DNA of 61,614 bases, the filler included, from Pirum gemmata (taxonomy: Eukaryota), in NCBI GenBank assembly GCA_002812295.1. It is 11 parts of 11 records of this genome, joined end to end, with 100 filler letters (N's around TTAATTAATTAA, not from the genome) between each part and the next. Parts side by side here need not be neighbours in the genome. Positions count along the whole stretch, not along the records: positions 1 to 5,375 come from PDIN01000568.1; positions 5,476 to 10,861 come from PDIN01000569.1; positions 10,962 to 18,000 come from PDIN01000570.1; 8 more parts are not named here. One strand, 5' to 3'. The translations under genes and the position numbers were made by a program. Position 1 is the first letter of the stretch. Each line of letters opens with the position of its first letter. The notes under the pieces are model-generated. The model made no database searches. It had not been told where the DNA came from and was given only the letters and a program-made list of their open reading frames with translations. Shown here piece after piece: positions 1-12,057 of the stretch.

Positions 1-648
1 ATAATAATAATAATAATAATAACTAATAATAATAAGAATAATATTGTAATTAATAATAATAGAAACAATAATGATATAATATTATCCACTCATTAATAGT
101 AATGATATTATATATTGCTGTGATGGTGAGATTGTTCTATGGTGATGTTGTTCTTAACGTAAACTTGTCAATAAAGTGGTTGGACCACTTGCTTAATAAT
201 AAAGAAGCCATATATATAAAGTAACATTTGTGGTGATGAAGAATACATTATCATATAGAATTAGGTTAATAGTATAATATAATACAACAGTCTATTGACC
301 ATTTTAACCTTAATTAAAGTTATAAACAGTTTTTTTTTATTATTTTTTTTTTTTAAAAAAAATATATATTATCTATGTTATATTTTTTAAAAGGTTTATA
401 ATATAAATGTATACTTTTTAGAAAATGAAACACAAAAAAATAAAAATAAAAACAAAAAACAAAACAAAAAAACAAATTTTAACTAAAATAAATAAATAAA
501 ACAAATAAACAGAATCACTCAAATTATTAAATTTTGTATATAACAAAACTTAATGATTATAAACCCTTATCCTAATTATATTTAATTAAAAAAAAAAAAA
601 TTAAGAAAAACAATACAAATTTTTAAAACAAAACCATATACATCAAAA

Positions 649-1075
649 ATGAAGTTTGCGGTAGTAATCGGTAGTTTTATGACTTTCAATATTGCCCTGG
701 CACATCCAGTTGAAAATAATTATGGCGTATATGACGATTTCGTGCTTGATGATAATGTTAACTTGGTTCCATATGATGATTTTGCTCAATATGATGATTT
801 TGCTCAATATGATGATTTTGCTCAATATGATGATTTTGCTCAATATGATGATTTTGCTGGTAATGATGAAGATGAAGATGGGGAAGGCATGATTGCTGAA
901 CAAAACGAAGAACAACAGAGTTCAAGGTTGAATAAAAAGCTTGCACGTGTATTGAAAAGTGAAATGAAGCAAGAAAAAGAGGTACTCAAAAGTTTAAAAA
1001 GACAAACCGGGGACGAGGAAACTTTTTTAGAAGAACAAATGAGACAGGAATTCGAACGCGAGAATGAAAATAATG

Positions 1076-1107
<32 letters not shown>

Positions 1108-1458
1108 GATGATTCGAAAAAAGATAATGAACTTAAAAAAGATAATAATAATACCGACGTCGAAACAACATCAACATCAACACCATTAAAAAGTGATGAA
1201 GTTAGTGAACAAGAAAAAATAGACATTATAGAAATGGAGGTTGCTCAATTCGAGGAAGATATTTCAAAAGCAGCCAAGGTAGTTGCCGAAAAAAAGAAGA
1301 CTTTAACAACTGAATTAAGTGACCTTGCAAAACAAACCAAAGCTTTGGAAAAAGAAAAAAAGGATGCTGAAGAACAAGAACTTAAGTTACTGCAAATGGA
1401 TTTAAAAGCTGAAGAGTTTCGTGTTAAAACGGAGAAAGAAGTTACTAGTGCTAAATAA
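649..1458 (+). CDS. Secreted acidic protein with tandem YDDFAQ repeats and C-terminal coiled coil (269 aa)
   Basis: Intact ORF with AAAATG start; hydrophobic N-terminus ending ALA (signal peptide-like); 18-bp tandem repeat at ~772-858; poly-D tract; heptad-like E/K-rich C-terminus. Confidence 0.8.
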
Positions 1459-2566
1459 AAGTAAATATTAATTGTATACGTATATATATTATTACATATA
1501 TAGTATAAACGTAATTGTATTACAAAAATTAATGTATAATCTCTCAAACTTTGTATAATATTTTAATTAATAAAAGAATAACACATTATACTACATTATA
1601 ATGAAATAAATAATAGGCCTAATATATTGTTATAATAAGTAAAATTAATACTGATATATTATAATTATTATATATTATTCTTGTTCTTACATAACCCATG
1701 GTATATATTATGGTATTGTTAATATTGTTATATGTAAATATATTGCTATTACATTGTTATTGCTATTGTTATTGCTATTGTTATTGTTGTTGTTATTGTT
1801 ATTGTTATTGTTATTATTATTGTTATTGTTATTATTGTTATTATTGTTGTTGTAAATTGTAATATACGTATACATAGCTATAAACGTAATTGTATTACAA
1901 ATACTTTACAAATAATGTATACTTTTTCAAACTTTGTATAATATTTTTTAATTTTTAAAAAATTATATATTATGTATGTAATAAATAATAAGCCTGATTG
2001 TTGTTGTAACATATATACATATTATTATATAACATTAATATTAATTATAATTGTAGCTAAAAATAAACTTCAATATTATATAAAGGCATTAATATATTAA
2101 TTGCTACAGTAATAAAACATATCAGCTATGCTATATAGTATTAATATTAATATTATTAATTATTCTTGTTCTTACATAACCCATGGTATGATAATATTGT
2201 TAATTAATATTGTTATAATATATATATCAGAATATTGTAAATCCAGAAGTTTAAAAGGTAATCCCTGTGGCCTTAAATCAAGATGGAGTAATAAAATAAA
2301 ATTCAATTTTATAAAGGTATTAATTAAATGTTACAGTACTAAAACATATTAGCTATGCTATATAGTGTTAATATTGATATTAATTATTCTTGTTCTTACT
2401 AAACGCATAGTATGTTATTATAATATATTATAATATCTCCTTCTGCCCCGAATCCCATTATCATATATGACAATCGTTTTTAATTAGCTTGATTGGTTAG
2501 CATTATACTTTATTATCGTATATGGTAATTATAATAATTCAAGTTTTGTTTTATTGGTGTTTTAAT

Positions 2567-2985
2567 GGTTTTCATGCTTCTGATTGGTGTTTTGGTATTA
2601 TTTGAGTTTTTAACCTTATTTTTACCGGGTTTTCATGCTTCTGATTAGTTTTTACCGGTATTATTTTGAGTTTAACCTTATTTTTACAGGGTTTTCATGC
2701 TTCTGATTAGTTTTTACTGGTATTATTTCGAGATTAACCTTATTTTTAGCCGGTATTATTTCGAGATTAGCCTTATTTTTAACCGGTTTTTCATGCTTAT
2801 GATTGGTTTTTATTGTTATTATTTCGAGTTTAACCTTATTTTACCCGGTTTTCATGCTTCTGATTGGTTTTTACGGTTATTATTTGAGTTAATTTTTTTA
2901 AAAAAAAAAAGCTTATTTTCACCCAGTTTTCATGCTTCTGATTTGGTTTTACTAGTATTATTTCGAGATTTACCTTATTTTTGCC
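2567..2985. repeat. ~58-bp minisatellite, ~7 degenerate copies
   Basis: Recurring unit GGTTTTCATGCTTCTGATT.GTTTT....GTATTATTTCGAG.TTAACCTTATTTT. Confidence 0.85.
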
Positions 2986-3949
2986 CAAAAGTGCCAGCAT
3001 TTGCACAATTTTACGGTTTTGTCGCATAACTATAAAGTGTATATGATATTTATGTATAATATGATAAAAAAAAAAATTAATAAAATAAAAAATAAATAAA
3101 TGTAGACACCTTTTAAAAATTTCAGCAAAATATTTAGTGACTGAATTATGGTGTTGTTAAATCCAAGCTTTCATATATAGGGAAAGTACCCTGAGTACTA
3201 CCCTCCCTTGTAAAAGCTTGCCTTCATATTTTTTTACTCGGATCGATGCAATAAACGGTCTCAAATCGTATTCTGCGCATGCTATTATCAAAATTGGTCG
3301 AGTAATTTGAGCCGACTCAAATTACTATCAATTTTGAAAAATGCAAAAACATAATAGTAGGGCTTTCACAAATTCACACTCTTTGTAGTTTTTTTTTTAA
3401 AAAAAAAAGCGATTTTCCTATTTTTTTTTTTTTTAAATTTTCTATTTTTCTATTACTTTACATGGTAACCATTTTCTATATTAGACTACTCCAAAAAATA
3501 AATAAAAAATAATAATAAAATAAAGAAAAAATAATAATAATAACCTACATAGTTGCTTATTCTACGTACTTATACATTTATGGCAAGGTAGGTATATATA
3601 TTTTTAAAAAAATAAACAATATATAATAAAAAAAATATTTATTATATAATAAATATAATAAATATAATTATTGCAAACCTCTATAACTATAAATTAAATA
3701 TAAACGTGATTGTATTATAAATAATGTATACTTTTTTAAAAACTTTGTATAATATTAATGTTTTAATAAAAAATAAAGAATAACACATATTATAATATAA
3801 TAATCAATTACAATTTATAAAAAATAAGCCTAATATATTGCAAATTGTTGTAATAAATACATACTGATATATATACATATTATTATATAAAATTAATTAT
3901 AATTGTATACGTAGGTAATAATAAAATTTAATTAATAAAGCACTAATAA

Positions 3950-5270
3950 CAGTTTATTAACCAATAGTTTAACCAATAGTATAACCAAATAGCCATATAC
4001 ATGCTGTTATAACCCTATTTTATTTCTATATTATAATATATATATTGATAGTATAATTATATAATTTGTAAATTTAAAGCACGAACAGCTTAACCAATAG
4101 TATAACCAATAGTATAACCAAATAGCCATAATATTATACATGCTGTTACAACCCTAGCCCTAACTAATAAGTTCCCTAGCCCTATTTTTTTTCTACAACC
4201 ATAACCCTAACCAAATTGCTAGTTATTGTAAGCAATAATATATAATTAATAAAGCACTAACATTTTTTAAAACCAATGCTGTTACAGTCCTAACCCTAAC
4301 CCTATTTTTTTTTATAACCCTAACGCTAACAAAATTGCCAGTTAATGTAACCAGTAATATATAATTAATAAAACACAGGGTTATGGACAAATAGCCATAT
4401 ATATAGACACCTTTGCCGTTATTTATTCATACCAGACTGAATATATATATATGTGTGTGTGCATGCTGTTACAACCCTAACCCTAACCCTATTTTTGTTT
4501 CTATAACCCTAACCCTAACCAAATCGCCAGTTAACGTAACCAATAATATATAATTAATGAATTTAAAGCACTAACAGGTTTTAAAACCAATATATAACCA
4601 TGACCAAATCCTAACCCTTTTTTTCTATAACCTAGTCAAATTATCAGTTATTAATGTAATTGATAATAATATCCAAATTACCAGTTAATGTAACCAATAA
4701 TATATAATTAATAAATCGCTAATATACTTTAACCTATAGTATAACCATTGCCAAATAGCCATATACATGTTGTTACAATCTTATAAATTAACTCTAACCC
4801 TTTTTTCTAAAAAGGTTATTTTTATAACCCCCACATACATACCCTAACATAAAAACAAAGCACTAATAGTTTTTAATCAATAGTACAACCATGCATATGA
4901 CTAAATAGCATATGCATAATATTTTATATTAATTAATAAAGCATTAATAATTTAACCAATAGTATAACCAAATAGCCATAATATACATGTTGTTATAACC
5001 CTAACTGTAACCTTATTTTTTTTCTACAACCCTAACCTTAACCAAATTTCCAATTAAAAAAGCACTAACAGTTTAAAACCAATAGTATAACCAAATAGCC
5101 ATATACATGCTGTTACAACCCTAACCCTAACCTTACATTTATTCTATAACCCTAACTCTAATTGCCAATCTCAACCCCCGTACTCAACCCCAACCCCAAC
5201 CCCAATATCCCCTAATCCTAATTATAACCTTGACCCTAACCTTGACCCTAACCCTAACCCTAACCCTAAG
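3950..5270. repeat. Degenerate satellite with embedded TAACCC motifs, ending in a short (TAACCC)n run
   Basis: Repeated blocks AAAGCACTAA...AACCAATAGTATAACCAAATAGCCATA...CATGCTGTTACAACCCTAACCCTA; (CCCTAA)n at ~5246-5269. Confidence 0.75.
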
Positions 5271-5375
5271 CATTAAGTGTGTTGTGGTGTATTTTACTGT
5301 TTTGTTTTATTATAATTAGTATTACGTCTAATCATTGTCTCATATGTATTATTCATTATTTCCTTATTATATAAC

Positions 5376-5475
5376 NNNNNNNNNNNNNNNNNNNNNNNNN
5401 NNNNNNNNNNNNNNNNNNNTTAATTAATTAANNNNNNNNNNNNNNNNNNNNNNNNNNNNNNNNNNNNNNNNNNNN
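5376..5475. other. Artificial scaffold linker N44-TTAATTAATTAA-N44. Also at 10862-10961, 18001-18100, 23466-23565, 28905-29004, 34334-34433, 39822-39921, 45268-45367, 50702-50801, 56151-56250
   Basis: The same 100-bp spacer with six-frame stop codons occurs ten times. Confidence 0.97.
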
Positions 5476-7584
5476 AATAATAATAATAAAAGAAAAGATG
5501 GCCTTAGTATAACACAACAAAATGAACGTAAAATAAGTACTGGCAGTAATAGTAGTAGTGAAGCTATGCCTTCTACACCTCGATTACCGAATAGTTTCCG
5601 TAGTCGTGCCGACCGGGCAGTAGAGAGAAGTAAATCGGCCAATATGTGTCGGGCCCGTTCAAGGAGGACAATTTGTGATGGTGTAGACGTCAGGGCCAGG
5701 TTAAAATCGCAAAACAGTGATAGTGTTATACAAGTGGTCACTGACGAGTTGTTTAACCTTAGTGCAGAGGAAGATAATAGTAATTATAATGATAGCAATA
5801 ATAATAATTATGATAATACTAGTAACGATGGTGAATTCTATCCACGAAGACAAAGAAGCATGGACTGTGCGGAACGGGTAAGGAGAAATAATGTTAGAAA
5901 AAGTGATAGTCAAATACAATACAGTTATTTGATCGATAATATCAATGATGTTAACAATAGTAGTAGTAACAATCATGCAAATGATAGTTATGATAATAAT
6001 AGGTATAACATGAAATTGGGCATAATTAATGATGACAATAATGGATTACGTGATATTAACAATTGTGTCCAAGTAGAGTACGCTGCTATTGATTTTGATA
6101 GGATAGAACTCAATTCCCGGATAAGAGCGAAAACGACTAGTGGCTTTGCACCCAACCGACCACCAAAAGGAATACCTATATCGTCTACACCACCACCTTT
6201 ACCTCCCAAACAGTGCCGGTATTCATCAAGTGCTAATGGTGATAGTGACAGTGCAATCAGTATAGGTAATTGTCTGAGCATGTTTGATCTCAATAGTTTT
6301 GACGACGGAATATACGTTCAAGTTGTAAATTTAAAAGAACAAGAACAAGAACAAGAACAAGAACAAGAACAAGAACAAGAACAAGAACAAGAACAAGAAC
6401 AAGAACAAGAACAAGAACAAGAACAAGAACAAGAACAAGAACTAAAATGCATGTACGAACGTAATCAAGTCCAGCTACAGCACTCACAGCAACCATCTCC
6501 GCTACCACTAATAACAATTCACTCTAGATCTGATTTATTAAACGCTGGAACAAGTCATAATACAGAATATGTAGAAGACGATATTGAAAAGTCCGATGAA
6601 TTTCTGGAGGCCTTTCGAGAAGAAGTATTTTTATTTTTAACTGATGAGCAATTCATCAGTGATGAAGAGCTGAACAATTCCAAATTACGTCAAATCTCTT
6701 CCCTGGAAAGTTCTATCCATTTAACAAAAACTACTTCGAGCGACTTACCAAGCTGTTATGTGATTAATTTTGAATTACATACTTCTAATAGCAACATCTA
6801 CAACAACAAGGTCAACAAGAGCAGTAGTATCAGTAGTAGTAGTGGCAGTGATACTAGATTGAGTTTTGAATATAAACTTAAACAACTCAACCCAAGCACA
6901 ATTGATGATCATAATGCTGCGTATTGTTTTCCAGTTTCTGAAAGTAACAGTTTGAGAAAAAGGAGCAAAGAAATTACTCACCAAACTGCATTTAAACGCT
7001 ATAATGATATATTAGATTTATATAATAACATTGCTGATCTCGCGCACTTTACTGACAGCTCTTGGAAACCTTTCCCATCAAACCATTTTTTTTCAAGGTT
7101 TAAAGAAAAAGTAATGCAACAAAGAAAAGACCGCTTTCATTCGTTTTTAAACGATTTGGTTTCTACGCCTGGTAACTTATTAATCCCGGCAGTACGCCAT
7201 TTTTTTGAGATTGAACCCTTGACTTGTGTCGATAAAATTAGTATTTTGGGGTTAGTATGTAAGAGGAGTTGTGAGGATAAAATTCATAAAAATAAGAATA
7301 TAAAACAATGGCAAACGGCCATTACTGACAGTAACAGTAACCCCAATAGTGATAAAACATATAGGAAACTAACTAGTTCTAAATCATTACCTAATAACAA
7401 CAATAATAATAGTGGTAGTGGTGATGTTGAAGGTAACAGTAGTGGTAGCAGCAGCTTTAACAAGTTAACATCTCGTGGTATTGAGAGATTATCAGCTCGC
7501 CAATCCAAAAAAACTATGAAAAGCGAATTATGTCACGTGAAAACTAGTTTTAAAACAGATTGTGGGGATAAACAGATGAAGTGA
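5476..7584 (+). CDS. PX-domain protein, probably 5'-truncated; disordered N-terminus with PxxP and Tyr motifs and an (EQ)n repeat
   Basis: Frame is open from the scaffold start (5476) to the ATG at 5566 and on to 7584. PX signature KRYNDILDLY..PFPSNHFF..QQRKDRFHSFLNDLV..AVRHFF at ~6985-7215. Confidence 0.8.
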   Translation, partial: NNNNKRKDGLSITQQNERKISTGSNSSSEAMPSTPRLPNSFRSRADRAVERSKSANMCRARSRRTICDGVDVRARLKSQNSDSVIQVVTDELFNLSAEEDNSNYNDSNNNNYDNTSNDGEFYPRRQRSMDCAERVRRNNVRKSDSQIQYSYLIDNINDVNNSSSNNHANDSYDNNRYNMKLGIINDDNNGLRDINNCVQVEYAAIDFDRIELNSRIRAKTTSGFAPNRPPKGIPISSTPPPLPPKQCRYSSSANGDSDSAISIGNCLSMFDLNSFDDGIYVQVVNLKEQEQEQEQEQEQEQEQEQEQEQEQEQEQEQEQEQELKCMYERNQVQLQHSQQPSPLPLITIHSRSDLLNAGTSHNTEYVEDDIEKSDEFLEAFREEVFLFLTDEQFISDEELNNSKLRQISSLESSIHLTKTTSSDLPSCYVINFELHTSNSNIYNNKVNKSSSISSSSGSDTRLSFEYKLKQLNPSTIDDHNAAYCFPVSESNSLRKRSKEITHQTAFKRYNDILDLYNNIADLAHFTDSSWKPFPSNHFFSRFKEKVMQQRKDRFHSFLNDLVSTPGNLLIPAVRHFFEIEPLTCVDKISILGLVCKRSCEDKIHKNKNIKQWQTAITDSNSNPNSDKTYRKLTSSKSLPNNNNNNSGSGDVEGNSSGSSSFNKLTSRGIERLSARQSKKTMKSELCHVKTSFKTDCGDKQMK

Positions 7585-7829
7585 TAAACAATATATACAA
7601 AGATTACGCTGTATCAATTTATAACGTTAAAACGTTAACGTTAGCAATAATAATTATACAGTTAATAATAAAGTAATGTTGGTTATTAATAATCAATACA
7701 AAACCAAAACAAACAATAACAAAATAATTCATCATCATTATTGAATATTAACGTTGTTTTTATATTATTATTATTATTATTGATTGATGTAAACATTACT
7801 ATTACTATTACTATTACCATTACCATTAC

Positions 7830-7862
<33 letters not shown>

Positions 7863-8464
7863 AATATTAATATTAATATTATTATTATTATCATTATTAC
7901 TATTATTGCTGTGGTAATAGCTATTAGTATTTCTAATTATTTTTATTATTGTTTATTAACTCAACAAGGTAGCTATGATTCATTTATTATTAGTTAATTC
8001 CCAAATTTCTCAACTGCCAAAGCATTAACTTTATATTATTATTATTAATAATAATGCCCAAATTATACCAACTTTTAAGTGAAAAACAACAGTTATAATA
8101 ATTCTATTTCTTAATTTTAATTCTTATGGGAATTCACAGTGGCTGTGGGGAATCCTCGTTTTGCATGTCATCGTGTCAGGAACTATTATAACTAATACTG
8201 CCTTTGCCAGGCTTTTAACTTAAAAATAATTATCCATTTCCCTAGGATCAGATGCATTGTAGTTACCGATGCTTTTGTAGCAATAAGAAAACTTTATACT
8301 AACAATAACCGTTTAAATAATAATAATACTAGTACTGTTAATAATTATAATACCAACTCCAATAATCAATAATCAAATTAATAATAATAGTATCATCAAT
8401 ACTAATAATACTTATAATAGATAATTTCAATACCAAAATCCTTTTCGTAATAATAAAAATCTTC

Positions 8465-8499
<35 letters not shown>

Positions 8500-8545
8500 T
8501 GACAAATATAAATATAATAATACTAATGATAATAATAAATCATAC

Positions 8546-10143
8546 CCATCCAATAATGTATCGTTCCAAAAATAATAACAAGACCAACGGTTTCCAAGAT
8601 AAAGGGCAAAGGAGTAACAATAAAAAATGGCATTGTACCTAAAAAAAAGAGATAGAAAATTAACGTTAACAAATAATTTCAAAAGAAACTTATAAACAAC
8701 CATGAAGATTGCGACAACTATTCAGAACAAATAAATACCATGAAATTCATGTTTCATTATTATTCTAATCATTGCAATGGTAATACTTATACCGCATTAT
8801 TATTATTACTGTTACTACTACTGCTATTTTTATTATTCTCATGATTGCTGTAATTATTACTACCTTCAAAAACTAACATCCAAACTATTATCAGTATTGT
8901 CGTAAAACTACCAAGCATAGTTTTATCAATAACAGGAATAATTTAATAAAGGTTATTACTATTATTATTACTGCTACATCTACAATTATTTCCATTATTT
9001 TCATGATTATCGTTATTATCACTATATTTAAAAATATACATACAACTATAAGGAAGCGTTCGTCACACCATTTTTTGTTTTTCTGCCCCCCCCCCTCCTT
9101 CCCAATAAATAAATTTATCTATAGGACCCAAAATACCCTCCCGCCCCATCATTTATAAACGATCCTTATAGTCGTAAAACTACTAAATTTTTATTAAATA
9201 ATAGGACCCTTCAACTTACTATAGACACCATCGGCACGGTCGGATTTGTAGAAGGCTCGATCTTCAATTAATTTTGGCAATCGATCCAAGGTTAATACCA
9301 TGACAAGTAACAAAGCAGTAAACAAACCAGCAATAAACCGAAGGGCTTCACCAGCAATAAAATATGTTCCAGTTAAAAATATTAGACCTGTGATAACACC
9401 AGCGATAATGTACGTTATGACCCGACGAATTGTGGTTTGATAGTCGCGAAAATGAAGAAGAAGTGACAATTTTAGAAGAATTTTAGCTTGGAATCTAAAA
9501 TAAGTAAATAAAAAAGAGCAAAAAAGAAGAATATAAATACATTTACAGCATAATATATATAAATAAATAAAATACAAACCCAGAATTATAGCTTGGAATC
9601 TAAAATAAAAATAAAAAAATAAAGAACATATATAATATATATATAGCATAAAATTTATAAATAAAAAGAATTAAACCAAATCACATTAAATAAAACACAT
9701 AAAGTAAGGGTAAAAAGTTTGTTCCTGTTCGTGAACTGACTGTAAATACCTGTATCCGCGAACAAAACCATTTGCGTTTCTTTCATGATCTACCAAATCT
9801 TCATCTATATAACAAAAAGAAATTTTTTTATTTATTAGTTTGTATTGTTAGATATCATTGGTTTTAAGGTTGGAGTTAGGGTTCAAGAATATATAGTGAA
9901 TTTCATCTTTGTGTCCGTTAGATTTTGTTTTGTTACAATGAAACTACTAATCGACACTTATTACTACAAAAAAAAAAATATTTAAAAATAGTAAATTACT
10001 CAGAATATACCCACTTTAAAATTTAACACATTCTATTTACATTTTATTTTAGGACAATTAATTATACTGAAACATACTAAAAATAAAATACCTTCTTCAG
10101 CATGGTCACCTTCTTGTATTGCAGCTTCACATTTTTTCAAAAC
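8546..10143 (-). CDS. ABCG-type (ABC-2 membrane domain) transporter, partial; exons 10143-10092, 9804-9750, 9494-9220, 8638-8546
   Basis: GT-AG junctions keep the frame: ...GYRFQAKILLKLSLLLHFRD..RRVITYIIAGVITGLIF..EDRAFYKSDRADGVYSTMPFF..IFGTIHYWMG, the typical ABCG TM-domain pattern. Remaining exons not identified. Confidence 0.75.
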
Positions 10144-11900
10144 CTTTATATTACGTCATACAATGATAATTATCGTTAACAATAGTGTCAAAAAACACTT
10201 CAAAAAAAGCAAAGCAACAACAAAAACGACGAAATAATAACAAAATTTTTATTTAAGTAATAGTAATAGTAATAGTAACAGCAATAGTAATAGCAATAGT
10301 AATAGTAATAGTAATAGTAATAGTAATAGTAATAGTAATAGTAATAGTAATAGTAATAGTAATAGTAATAGTAATAGTAATAGTAATAGTNNNNNNNNNN
10401 NNNNNNNNNNNNNNNNNNNNNNNNNNNNATAGTAATAGTAATAGTAATAGTAATAATAATAATAATACTAATACTAATACTAATACTAATACTAATACTA
10501 ATACTAATACTAATACTAATAGTAATAGTAATCGTAGAAGTAATGGTAATAGTAATAGTAATAGTAACAGTAATAGTAATAGTAAAATCAATAGCAATAA
10601 TAATAGTAACAGTAACAGTAATATTAATTTTAATACTAAAACAAATACTAATATTAATACTAATATTAATACTAATATTAATACTAATACTAATACTACT
10701 ACTAATAATAATAGTTATAGTAAAAGTAAAAATAAAAGTAATAATAATCATAATGGTAATAATGGTAATCGTACACCATAAACGACACCCCAAACACCAG
10801 AAGAAAGGGCAACATACGCACGACCAAGGTCACATCAAAAAATAGAAATAATAATAATAATNNNNNNNNNNNNNNNNNNNNNNNNNNNNNNNNNNNNNNN
10901 NNNNNTTAATTAATTAANNNNNNNNNNNNNNNNNNNNNNNNNNNNNNNNNNNNNNNNNNNNAAATACTATTTATGGTAACTGCGAAGTGGCGAATAGCCT
11001 TCCACTTCACCCCTCGCCCTTAAATGTTCGCAAAGTGCTCACCCCTCCTTAGCTCTACTGTAGAGGCTACTCGGAGAGAGGCTACTAACATATTATCATA
11101 GCCTAGCTAGCTAGCTAGTTAGCTTGGTTTTAAATACCCTAGCTAGGTCCCTAGCTACTAGCTAGTATGATAGATATGATAGAGTTATGATAGCTAGCTA
11201 CTATAGTTAGTAGGATCAAATTATCAAATACCCCAGTTTCATAAGTTAATTATAGTAGTTACCAATTAAAGTAATAATATTAACATTAATAGTAATAAAA
11301 CCATAAAATCGGAAAAGTTCTGGCATCTGTTCGATAATAATAAAATGACGTCATCTCACCCCTACTGTTTCATACCGGTATAATGATAGCGCCGCAGGCA
11401 CCTATGACATCTTATTTTTTTTTTTTAATTAAAAAAAAAAATTTATAGTATACATGTCTCTACAAGTCTATATTATATAATTTTTTTAATATCATATCAT
11501 ATAATAAATAAATATATTAAAAATTACAGTTAGAAAATCAAGTGGTTGAAAGAAACCCTATATTTTAAATTTACGCTAGTTATAGGCTAGTAGTTATACG
11601 TGTTGTGCTTTATTATTAGTTTGCATTGATTGCTATCATGTAATAATGACATCTGGATTTTTAAAATAATCTAACAATTTGTGAAAAAGAAAAACAAAGA
11701 GGTGTGATTCACCGTGTGAAAGCTGACTGAAAAGCTGGCACAGAACTGCTAGCTAGCTAGTTAGTAGTAGCTAGGCACTGAGTAAAATTTGATCTCAAAG
11801 TTCAAATCTCTACTACTAGCTAGCTAGCTATCGTAGTACATTATAATAATATTATATATTATATAATCTAGCTAGCAAATAATAGTGTAAAAAAATATTA

Positions 11901-12057
11901 TAGTACTTTTCAGTTGTTCTGTCATACAATAAAGAGTACAATATGAATTTAATTTGCTATATTTTATTATCTATTTATTCATTTAAAAATATCAGTTTAA
12001 AGCTTTATAACCTACCAAACAAATATGTAGGGGTAACAAAATAAATGAAAAGCACAA
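11901..12057 (+). mobile_element. MITE family A copy (internally deleted)
   Basis: TAGTACTTTTCAGTTG...AAATGAAAAGCACAA, matching the family A consensus. Confidence 0.75.

Noticed and set aside
2567..2985. 58-bp repeat array as CRISPR-like; ORF 2697-3029
   Set aside because: The whole unit is repeated, so it is a minisatellite; the ORF is a by-product.
5420..5431. TTAATTAATTAA motif recurring every ~5.4 kb as a biological periodic signal
   Set aside because: It is always centred in N runs of equal length, so it is an assembly linker. Gene neighbourhoods across linkers are meaningless.
10200..10845. Long I/T/L/V-rich ORFs (also 15697-16078, 44456-44821, 50976-51296)
   Set aside because: They are translations of hexamer microsatellites such as TAATAG, TAATAC, ACAATA and TCATTA.
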